Assembly: GCF_032191835.1 (NCBI RefSeq)
Contig: NC_083234.1
Coordinates: 1,736,001 to 1,800,000, forward strand
Length of the DNA: 64,000 bases
Source of the DNA: Heteronotia binoei
Lineage: Eukaryota
Reading direction: 5' to 3'
Position numbers and translations under genes: made by a program. Below, one piece after another: positions 36,189 through 46,699 of the stretch. Under the pieces are notes generated by a model that ran no database searches, was not told the origin of the DNA, and was given only the letters and a program-made list of their open reading frames with translations. Positions within the stretch are counted from its first letter, which is position 1. Each line of letters opens with the position of its first letter.

Positions 36189-36974
36189 AGCCCCACCCAG
36201 GTAAGCCCTGTCATTCTGCCCACTCTTGCCAGCAGGGGCTCTTCTTGTTCCGTGTCTGGTGTTGCAAAGGGCCTCCTGTGCCCTTCCCACCTTGGGCCAT
36301 TAGGAGAGAGAAAACCTTCCTGCAAATGAGTCCTGCGGCAGAGTTTTATTCAGCTTCCGTGTGCACGCACTCCTCCTCAGCCGGAAGGGGATGGAAACAG
36401 AAACAACACACAGAAGCTGGGTAACTTAGCATCCAAAATAATGGAAACAGGGTAAAAGAATCAGTTTAGTTATGTGCAGGTCCAGTGCCAGAGTTTCCAG
36501 CACCCCAGGCCACAGGGCTGCACCCCCACCCTTGACTTTCTGCCCCACAACTGCACAGGAACTTACCCAGCATGCACCTGGGCACAGGGCCAGCTCGGGC
36601 AGTTGCCTAGGGCGCGGACTTCTGGGGGCGCCAAATATGACTCAGTGACATTATCAGTACGGGGGGGGGGGGTGTCGATAGTCTAGGGCCAGCCCTGCCT
36701 GGGGGGGGGCAAGCAGGGTGGTGGGAGCAGGCCCAAGCCAAAGGTGCACTGGGAGGAGGAGCACACCCACCCCCATCCGGAAGGGCCGGGCAGCTGCTGT
36801 GGTTCCTCCTCGCTGGCCTGGCTCAGGAGCAGCTGCGGCTGCGTGGAAGAGCACACGGCTGCCACTTGATAGGGTTCCGCTGGTTTGAAACCCCAGCCTG
36901 AGGACATAGGTGGATGTGTCCTTCAGCTGGAAAGAGGCATAAACCAAAGGCTCCGTCTTCTTTTCCTCGCACAG

Positions 36975-38160
36975 CTTTCTCTGCCCTCCCTGTCCCTCCA
37001 CCCCAGGCGGGGAGTCTGGTTCTGTGGACTGCTGCATTGGGGGCGGTTGCTGCCACCAGGCCACAGGCTCTGTGCCTTCTGGAAGGGGCCGGCATGAGGG
37101 GTCGCCATCAACCTCGGAGGGAAGCAGCACTGCTGGGCTGAAGTCTCCAGCTGGTGGTTGAGCCAGCCATGGTCAAGGAGGCCCGTTTTCCCCTCTCGCC
37201 GCTCTCTGCTTCTTCACCACCAGCTCCTCCTGGCGAGGGCAGAGAAAAGCCCTGTGTGCCCAGACGCCTTCAGCTGGCCCCAGAGAGGGACCGGGCACCC
37301 TCTCCTGCTTCGGAAGGGTTTGAACATGCTCCTTTTTCTGGAGGGGACTCTATGAAAGCTGCCATGGGAAGTGGGCTGAACTCCAGCTGCCTGGGGGAGG
37401 GGGGGTGGCCCTGCTGCTTCAGTGACTGCCCTTCAGCCCTCGGCTGGCGGCTGAAAAATCCTTGTGATCCGGACTTCTTTGATGCTTTGACTTTGCTCCC
37501 CCCCCTTCTGTCATCAACACAAGGCCCCCAGTCTGGGCAGTGGAGACTGCATGCCCAGCAGTGGTGTCTTCTGTACTCTCCCTATAAGGTTTGTGGGATC
37601 AAACTGCCAAAAAGGGTTTCCCTGCCCTGCCGGGGACAGACACAGGCTTCGCTCTTTGCAGATCTACTTTCTGAGTCCAAGTGGTTTTCGCAGCCCTCCT
37701 CTTCTCCCGGCTGCGCTCCCGCTTTCTGGACATCAACCAGCTCCTTCCAACTGCCGCAGGATGTCTGTGGGGCCTTGTGCCAAGTGGGGGGGGGGGGTCA
37801 GGACTGCCTCCATCAGCACCTTTATGCTGCTGCAGCTCTGAACAGGAAGAAACCTCACTGATGCTTCTGCTTTGCTCCCCCCCTTCTGTCATCAACACAA
37901 GGCCCCCAGTCTGGGCGGTGGAGACTGAATGCCTCTGTCTTCTGTACTCTCCCTATAAGGTTTGTGGGCTCAAACTGCCCAAAAGGGATTCCCTGCCCAC
38001 GAGCCGCGCCTTTGCGGTCCTCTCTCCTGCTGACCTTGTAGACCAGGCGTGCCAAATCTGGGCCATGCCAGGCCAGGCCAGGCCATGTATGTACCTATTT
38101 AAGATTAAGTAGCAGAGATATTGACTTTATACAGGACACAAACACAATTAAAGATTTTTT
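36975..38160 (+). other. MPZL2: Probable non-coding last exon (3' UTR) of MPZL2
   Basis: Donor CAG|GTAAGC at 36200/36201, 12 nt after the stop. Polypyrimidine acceptor ending at 36974. ATTAAA at 38147-38152. Confidence 0.6.
37481..37998 (+). repeat. Dispersed direct repeat of about 135 bp (37481-37627 and 37860-37998) in the MPZL2 3' UTR
   Basis: ctttgctccccc..cttctgtcatcaacacaaggcccccagtctggg..gtactctccctataaggtttgtggg occurs twice. Confidence 0.9.
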
Positions 38161-38805
38161 TTAAAAAAAAAAAACAACAACTACCTTAAAACATGTTTAA
38201 AACATTAGTACTGGTTGGTCTTAAAGGTGCTTTCTTTGTATCTCTCCGGTGGGATCCAGGGAACTGGTCTGGGCAAAGGAAGCTCTGGTGCTTCCCTCCC
38301 TCCCCCAGGGGGCCAGGAGGAGCAGGAGCCTCAGCCAATAGAAGGAAGAGAGGCTGGGCTCAGTAGCTCTGCTGTGCGATTAAGCCAGCCTGGCAAAGCA
38401 AGCTGTGATGCAGAAGAAAGCAAGAAAGAGGGAGAAGGAAGCAGAAGACAGCCAGCTGCTGGGGGACCTGACATGAAGGGGAGGGGGGCTGCTTCCACCC
38501 TCGGGCCAGGTATTTCCCCATAACCGCCGCTGCCCCACTTGGCTGCCTTTCCGAGGGTCTGCAGGAGGACAGGCAGCTGGGGGCCCCGCAGGAGCGCCCC
38601 TGGGCAGAGTGAGCCCCGTGGGGTGGGGCGGGAGCGGCTTCCCGGGAAAGAAGGGCGCGCCTCCTTCCGCTCCTGCTCGGGCGGCTCCGCCTGGCTTCTG
38701 GCCGGAAGGGCCGGCTTTTTCGCGGAGGGGCGGTGAAGCGGCTTCTTACCTGGGCCGCCCCTTCCGGCTGGGCAGGCGCAGGTGAGGGCACGGCCGGGCC
38801 CAGCA

Positions 38806-40981
38806 ATGGGCCTCTCGGGGGCGGCCTTCCCGCTGGCGGCGCTCCTGCTGGGTGAGTGCGGGGGGGGGGGGGGGCTCCTCTCCCCGACGTGGCCGGGCTC
38901 CGGCGGGCGCTTGGCTGGCGCGCTCTCTCTCTCGGCCGCCGCCGCCGCCGCCGCCTCCACAAGTGCCGCTCGACGCCGGCTCTGCTGCCACCCCGGCGCT
39001 CTCGCGCAGCCGGAGGGAGGGAGGGAGGCCGGCCGGCTCTCGGTGCCGCCGCCGCCGCCGCTGACCGACCCCTTGCCTGTCGCGTCCGCAGCCGCCGCCG
39101 GAGCGGGCTCGTTGGAGGTGCGGGCGGCGCCCGAAGTGCGGGCCTTCGTGGGCGAGGCGGTGGTGCTGCGCTGCTGGTTCCGCTCCTCCGCGCCCGTCAC
39201 CGAGAAGCTGACCGTCGACTGGACCTACCGGCCGCTGGCAGGAGGGGCGCTGGAGCCGGTGAGCGGGGAGGGGCTAGAGGAGGAAGACCCTCCTGCCGGG
39301 CGGGGGGGGGCGCTCAAAGGCTCACTGTCGCCCCTCCTCCCTCCCTCCCTCCCTGCCGGCAGATCTTCCATTACCAGGCGGGGGCCTACCCGGCCCGGGA
39401 GGGCACCTTCCGCGACAGAATCTCGTGGGCGGGAGATGTGGCCCAGCACGACGCCTCCATCGCCATCGCCAGCCCCACCCTGGAGGACAACGGCACCTTC
39501 ACCTGCTCCGTGAAGAACCCCCCCGACGTCCAGCACACCCTCCCCCACACCCTGCTGACCGTCACCCGGCGAGGTACCCGCAGCAGCAGCCGCCGTCTGC
39601 GGCCTTCGCCTGGCCCTGCTCCGGAGCCCCAGCCTCCGCTTCAGGTCCCTGCCTGGCCGGGCTTTGCGCAGGGCCCCGGCGGCTCCCCCCCTCCCTGGGC
39701 GGCAGAAAGGAAGCCGCCCCGGCCCTGCCTTGCACAGCAGGAGTGGGGGGGAGCCTGAGCCCCCCAGGCTGGGCCTGCACTGGCCAGGGATCCCCCCCCC
39801 CTCCTCCTCCTGGGGTGGGACGGGACGGGACGGGAGAGAGCGCTCTTTCCTGCTCTCCAGGCCGGGCTTCTGGGGCTTTGGCCTCTCTCCCCCTTCCTTC
39901 CTTCCTTCCACAGGCGCCTCCTTCCAGCTGACGGCGGCCGGGTTGCTCTCGCTGCTGGTCTTCCTCCCCTCCGCTCTCGTGGCGGCTCTGCTGCTGGTCA
40001 GGATGGGCCGGAAGTCCGGGGTGCTCCACGGCGGGAAGAAGGTGGTCTCCCCCCAGAAGTCCTCCATCGAAGTGGCTGACGAGTGAGCGAGAGCCAGCAG
40101 GGGGCGCTCTTGGGTCACGCATGGCGGGGAGTTTGTTGGGAAAGCAAACGAGGCTTGCTGCGCCTCCTGGGTCTTGGCACCGGCACCGCACCTGGCTGGG
40201 TGTCCTTGGATCAGGAGCACGCAAGGGGTCTGGGGGCCAGGTGCAAGGAGAGCAGACTGGGCCTGGGTGAAAGTCCCTCAGAGTCAAGCAGGGCTGGATG
40301 CCAGAAACAAATTGTGTTCCCACCTGCCTCCTGTTGCCCCCGAAATGTGTCCGACCTGCCCCCTGACAGCTGGCCCCAGGGGGGCTCCAGAGATGGAGGC
40401 CTGGCGCTGACCCCTTCCGGCTCCATCCTTCGACCGCTGGGCTGGCGGAGGCATCTTTGGGGGCCGTGCAGAGAGGTCTCTGTGGCCCTTCCCCCCAACA
40501 CACACACATGCACCTCTGCTTGTCAGACTGGAGAATGGGCCGTGGGGCAGGAGCAGGGTTCCAGTGCCTTGCCTGGGAGTCCCCTGTGGGCCAGGCTGGG
40601 GGGGGGGGGGCAGAGGGAGCTGGTGCTGCTGAGCTGACCTGCTGTGTCTTACTCCTGCAGACTGGAGCGACCGGGCTGTGTGGGGCGACTGGCCAGCAGG
40701 TGTCTGCAGTGCCTGGTAAGCATCAGCGAGCTCCTGGCAGGCTCAGCATGTGGGGAGCGCAGCCCCATGTCCGTTGGTGGGGGGCATTTTGCAAAGGGTG
40801 TGGCAGGGGCTGTGGGGTGTGTCCAAGGGGGCTCTTCAGGGCATCTCAGCAAGGAAGGTCCGCTTGCTGCCTCCCGCTAGCGCTGCTGCTGCTGGGTCTG
40901 TGCTGAGTGGCACCTCTGAGAATCCAGATCTCTTTTTGTGTCTCGTTCATTCAGGACACAGATGAGGAAGACCCTTACTGA
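38806..40981 (+). CDS. MPZL3: Myelin protein zero-like 3, Ig-V protein, 224 aa
   Basis: Exons 38806-38851, 39092-39258, 39363-39573, 39914-40082, 40661-40715 and 40955-40981. Motifs KLTVDWTYRP, IFHYQ..GTFRDRISW, DNGTFTCSVKNPPDVQH, LLSLLVFLPSALV, RMGRK, KSSIEVADE, RCLQCL and DTDEEDPY*. The start codon is the least certain element. Confidence 0.94.
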
Positions 40982-41783
40982 CTGACGGACGGACAGATGA
41001 AGACGGCCTTTGAAGCTGACCTCTGCCAGTCCCTATCAAGGGGGGAAGTCCAGCCCTGGACTTCTTTACATAGGCGAAAAGCAACGGTGTTGCTGGACAA
41101 TTTTAGAAATCTGACCTGGGGGAAATAATAGGGATTCTGCTGCTTCTTCCTCCTTCTTTGTCCATTCCTCTTTGACATCTTGCTCTGCATTCCCAGACTG
41201 AGCTCTCCCCACCCATTGGGCCGGCAGCCTTTGGACAAGCGCTCTTCTGCGCCAAGGCTGGGGCTAGAGCCGTGCCTCCGTGGGCTGCGTGGGTCCCCAT
41301 GTGGCTTGTGAGAGCAGCCCGTGGTCACTCAGTCCTCCTTTTCCCATCTTGGCTGCTGGGCTTGGCAAGGTCCGAGGGCTTCGTGGGGCCAGCTTGTCCG
41401 GGGGGGGGATGGGCTTCTGGTGAGGGTGGGGTCAGTGGAGCTGCAGGCTTCCGTTCACCTGCGAGGAGAGGAGGCCAGAGCTGGCTCAGAGAGGGCTCCT
41501 GCAGTGGCCCAGAGAGATGGCTGCAGATGGGAGAGGAGAGGAGCCACTTCCCCTTCCTGGCTGCTGGTTTGTAGGGAAGACAGCTTTCCTTCCCCATTGT
41601 CCCAACGGGCCACAGCTGGGCTTGCCCATTCTTGTAGACGCTGCTTGGTTGCATGAGAAGCTGCACATTGTTGCCTGAGCTCAGAGCCTGGAAGGAGGGG
41701 GGGGGGGCTGGGAAGCATCTCCTCTGCTGCCACAGATGAGGGTGGGGTAGAGCTGCCAGAGGAGCACCGTCTTTCTTGGGACC

Positions 41784-41789
41784 AATAAA
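41784..41789 (+). terminator. Polyadenylation signal AATAAA, MPZL3 3' end
   Basis: First canonical AATAAA noticed about 800 nt after the MPZL3 stop, just before TE-rich DNA. Confidence 0.55.
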
Positions 41790-41904
41790 CACCTTCATAC
41801 CAGCTGAGTGTGCAGTCTTTGTTGTCTGGGTGGGGGAGAACAGCTGGGGACTGGCAGCACTGCTGGTGGTGGAATGGGGGGCCCATTCCTGGTGAATTGT
41901 GCTT

Positions 41905-43435
41905 TGTGGTCATATAATCATAGGACCCCAGGATCAACTAGTGTATGCGCCACTCTCTGCAAATCTTCAGTGTTCTTATCCGCAGTCTCTAGCATCATAC
42001 GAGGCTTTGAATTATTGTCTCGCTCCCCCACGCAATTTAGTTTAAAGCCCTCCTTATTAGGTTACCAAACACCCTTTTCCCTACTGTTGTAAGGTGCAAA
42101 CCATCTCCCGATAGATCACCATCTCGAAAGAATAAGCCATGGTCCAGAAATCCAAATCTTTCCTGACAACACCATCGACATAGCCAGTCATTTATTTGAA
42201 GTATTCTTCTTTCTTGTCCTAAGCCACGACCTTCAACAGGAAGAACTGACGAGAACACAGCCTGTGCAGCCAGCTCCTTCACCTTCTGACCCAGAGCCAC
42301 ATAGTCTTTTCTAATATGTTCAGGGCTATGATGGGCAGTATCATTCGTTCCCACGTGGATCAGCAAAAAAAGATAATAATCCATGGGCTTGATAAATCTT
42401 CCAATCCTTTCTGTCACATCCTGGATGCGTGCACCCAGCAGACAGCAGACCTTTCAGGATGACAAGTCCAGTCGACGCACTTTTGGCTCCACCTCTCTGA
42501 GCAAAGAGTCTCCAATTACCACCACCTTCCTCTTCCTACATTGGGGAGCAGAAGCTCCAGGCTTATTATCCACAGGATCCTTCAAGCTTTACAGAGGCTG
42601 GGGAAGTAGCCCTTGTTCCAATGGTTCAGAATCAGTTATTGTGGGGAAATCCTGAAACCTATTGCTTAGCAGCAGAGGCTCAGAACATCTCCTGATTTTC
42701 TTGCTCCTTCGGCTTACATTTTTCCATGAACCCTCATCCTGTCTTGGATTCTCTTCCAACTGCTGAGATACCACTTCCGCTTCCTTCTCTTATCTTTTCA
42801 AGAGAGCCTCAAGGGTTTTGTCAAGAAAACCCTCACTTTCTTTTATACACTGCAGTGTGGATAATCTTGCCTCCAGTCCCCATATCTTCTCCTCCAGCAG
42901 GGCTACTAACTTATACTTGCTGCAAGTGTAATTGCTGCTACTCTCAGGTAGAAATACAAACATCCCACAGTCTTTATATGTCACTACGTCTGCTCCCTCA
43001 CCAGCCATGCTGCTGCAATCCATCTCAAAATTCTCTTTGTCTTTATTTCCCTGTAAATTCCACTACCAACCGCTGCTTGAGACTACTCGTGAGGAACTAC
43101 CCACCTTCCCAGAGAACCCCCAGGCTAGACCCCCAGGCCAAGAGCCCTTTAGCTCTCACCCTTCAGCTCCCACCAAAGGCTCGGGCCTCTGGCAAGGTGC
43201 AGCCTAATAATGCAAAGAGGGTGGGGCCTCAGTCTGCCCCAGACAACACAGACACTCCCAGTGAACAACAATCACCTACTATCAGCAACAATCACCTACA
43301 GTCCACTCAAAACAAACAGCAGTTCCCCAGCAATCACACAAACTCAGACTCTCAGCAACTTCCCCCAGCTGTTTAGAAAACCAAACACTCAGCCTTGCAG
43401 CCGCACTCCTTTCCCGCTCTCTCCCAGAGCTCATT
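41905..43435 (-). mobile_element. CR1 derivative: 5' monomer, decayed ORF1 (zinc-finger/zipper + SGNH esterase) and CR1-like 3' tail, with no ORF2
   Basis: Minus frames give VVTYKDCGMFVFL..YTCSKYKLVALLEEK, VVVIGDSLL, IHVGTNDT and DGLHLT..RRALN*. Tail-like actagttgatcctggggtcctatgattatatg at 41910-41942. Confidence 0.85.
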
Positions 43436-43443
43436 TCATAAAT

Positions 43444-43722
43444 GAGAGCCAGTTTGGTGTAGTGGTTAAGTGTGCGGACTTTTATCTGGGAGAACCGGGT
43501 TTGATTCCCCACTCCTCCACTTGCACCTGCTAGCATGGCCTTGGGTCAGCCATAGCCCTGGCAGAGGTTGTCCTTGAAAGGGCAGCTGCTGTGAGAGCCC
43601 TCTCCAGCCCCACCCACCTCACAGGGTGTCTGTTGTGGGGGAGGAAGGTAAAGGAGATTGTGAGCCGCTCTGAGACTCTTCGGAGTGGAGGGCGGGATAT
43701 AAATCCAATATCATCTTCTTCA
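43444..43722 (+). mobile_element. Full-length MIR/Ther1-type tRNA-SINE (Squam3-like) with a target-site duplication
   Basis: A box TGGTGTAGTGG, B box GGTTTGATTCC, core cccacctcacagggtgtctgttgtggg and an L2-like tail. TSD ttcataaat at 43435-43443 and 43719-43727. Confidence 0.92.
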
Positions 43723-43849
43723 TAAATGATTTTTTAAATTATTTCTCAGGTCCTTAGAAAGCTGTTTATGGAGCCACCCTGGCTTCTTTAGGCTCCTCCC
43801 ATTTTTCCTTCTCATAGGAATTGTTTGTGATTGTGCTTTCAATATTTAA

Positions 43850-44460
43850 CTTTTAAGAAACTCCCACCCGTCCTCTTTCTCCTTAAGTATTTCTGAGCAC
43901 GGGATTTTACCCAGCATAACTCTTCAGTTTATAAAAATTTGCTTTCCTGAAGTTGAACTTTTATGATTGACTATGTACAGCTATTCCCTTCCCCAAGATT
44001 GTAAATTCCAAAATTACATGATCACTACTACCCAGGGTGCCTGGTACTTTCACCCTGTCAACCAGTCCTTCCCTGTTGGTGAGCATGAAGTCCACAATAG
44101 CAGATCTCCTTGTTCCCCTTTCTACTTTCTGGAAAATGAAGTTGTCAGCAAGACAAGTCAGGACTTTATTTGATCTTTTGTTTTTAGTAGAGTTGGACTT
44201 CCAACAGATATCTGGGTAACTGAAATCTCCCATGACCACCGTGTCCATCTCTTTGAGAACTTTGTAAGCTGTTCTATGAGTGGCTCCTCCAAGTGCTCTG
44301 CCTGGCTTGGTGGTCTACAGCAGACCTCCACCATAATATCACCATTATTTCTTACTCCTTTTCTTTTTACCCAGAGACTCTCAATTGAACTGCCATGCTC
44401 AGATTCACTAATTTCCTCACAAGTATATACCTCCTTCACATATAATGTGACATTTTGAGA
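43850..44460 (-). mobile_element. CR1 ORF2 endonuclease fragment
   Basis: ESLWVK..CCRPPSQ, VVMGDFSYPDICW and LGSSDHVILEF. Confidence 0.9.
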
Positions 44461-44779
44461 AACTCATCACCACGTGTGGTTTAGGTTCTGCTGGTAAATC
44501 ACCAACATAATGAGTTATGTTAGTATACGTAATGAGAGTGTGAGAGGTGGCAGAAGACCTCTGAGAGGGAGCAAAAGGCGCTCATGGCCTCTTGACTTCC
44601 AACTGTAACTTGTTTATTCCTTTGTTTCTTCAAAGGTATGTTCTGCCCTCCCCATGAGCAGGCTCAGGACAGATTGCAAGAGCCACTCCAACGATAACAA
44701 TTCAAAACAAGCATAACAAATAGATAAAACCATTAAAAACAAGGAATTATAAATCAAGACCAGATGGCACTGCTTGAGT

Positions 44780-46135
44780 TAAAGAATCATAGAGTTGAAA
44801 TGGAGCTCCAAGGTCATCGTGTCCAACCCCCCCCCACACACAATGTGGGAGATCCACAAACACCTCTCCACACAGGCACCTGAAACAGCTGCTCACACCC
44901 AGAAAACGGCATAATGATAATGATAACCCCCCAGGATCCCTGGGGCCAAACTGGCCTGGAGAAAAATTGCTGCCTGACCCCAAAGTGGCCACCATCATTT
45001 CCCTGGATGTGTCAGGAATGGCCATGAGAACTCAGCCCTCCTGCCCTCCCTCCCGTGAGCTGCCTCATTCTCAGGATCAGCCTTGCTGTCAGGTGGCCAT
45101 CGATCCTTTCTTTAAAACCTCCAAAGAAGGAGAGCCCATCACCTCCTGAGGAAGCCTGCTCCACTGAGGAACAACTCTGTCAGGAAATTCTTCCTAATGT
45201 TTAGTCAAAAACTCTTCTGATATAATTTCAACCTGTTGTTTCTTGTCTGACCTTCTGGGGCCTTAGAAAACAATTCTGCACCATTCTCTATGACAGCCCT
45301 TCAAGTACTTGAAGATGGTGACCCTATCACCTCTCGGCTGCCTCCTCTCCAAGTTAAACATCCCCAGCTCCTTCAGCCTTTCCTCATAAGACTTGGTCTC
45401 CAGACCCCTCACCATCTTCGTCACCCTCCTCTCGACCCATTCCAGCTTGTCTAGATCCTTCTTAAAATGTGGTGCCCAAAACTGAGCACAATACTCCAGG
45501 TGAGGTCTTACCAGAGCAGAGTAAAGTGATACCATCACTTCACGTGATCTGGACACTAGACTTCTGTTGATACAGCCCAAAATTGCATTTGCCTTTTTAG
45601 CCACCGCATCACACTGTTGACTCCAGTTCTGTGTATGGTCCACTAAGACCTCAAGGTCCTTTCCGCACATACAACTGTGAAGACACGTCTCCCCCATGCT
45701 ATAATTATGCATTGGGGTTTTCCAACCAAAATGCAGAAGACACCCCAGCCTGTCAAAATCACCTATAACCTGTATCTTTCTTCTTGTGTGTTTGCAACTC
45801 CTCCCAGTTTAGTACCATTTGCAAATGTAATAAGCATTCCCTCTATTCCTTCATCCAAATAATTGATAAAGATGTTGAACAAAACAGGTCCCAGGACAGA
45901 TCCCTGAGGCACTCCATTTGTCACTCCTCTCCAAGAGGATGAGGAACCATTCACAAGCACTCTTTGGGCGCAATCTGTCAACCAGTTACATAGACCCACC
46001 TAACAGTAACAGGATCCAAACCACATCTTACCAACTTGTCAACAAGGATAGTATGTGGAGCCTTCTCAAATGCCTTCCTGAAATCAAGATAAGCGATGTC
46101 TGCAGCATCCCCCTGATCCAACCAGGTAGTTACTT
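44780..46135 (-). mobile_element. CR1 RT C-terminal region and 3' UTR
   Basis: [36 protein letters not shown] and YEERLKELG. Tail aatcatagagttg at about 44785. Confidence 0.92.
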
Positions 46136-46699
46136 GAATATTTATAAAGATATTAACCCAAACAGGTCCCTTGTTCCTCATCCTCTTTGGACCACAATGG
46201 CTCCGGTCAGAGTCTTCTGGTCAGAAAAAGGAATGGCTCTCTTGACTGACAGCTGATCTTGATCCCAGGGTCTTGAAGGCCGCCGTCGCCAGTGTCCGAG
46301 ATGCTGCGAAGGGCCCTCTGACTGCAAACACAGTGGCGAGGTCTGGCCGGAGCCATCCCTAAATGGATCAGAATCCTAAAGGAATAAGCGCATTGCTTGT
46401 TTAGAGGTCTGAAAGCAGCGTCACCCCAGAGTCGGAAGCGACTGGTGCTTGCACAGGGGACCCTTCCTTTTCCTGTTGACAAGTTTGCCTTTTCCCTTCG
46501 GTAAGAGGAATCCTGAAACTGCTTCTTGCTTGGAAAGCTGTGCAGGCTGGTTTTCTTGGGAACAGGTTCTCTCTCTCAAATTCCGCCCTTCCTGCCAGTT
46601 CCCTCCCTCCCCGTCGAGCCAGGCGGGATGGGAGTCGGAAGAGAGGTTCCTGAGATTCCCTGGCAGGCACCAAGGGGGGAAGTGGGGCGCCGCGCCTGG

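Noticed and set aside
46253-46500. JAML remnant exon (acceptor 46252, donor GTAAGA 46501)
   Set aside because: All three frames contain stops and show no Ig or TM similarity.
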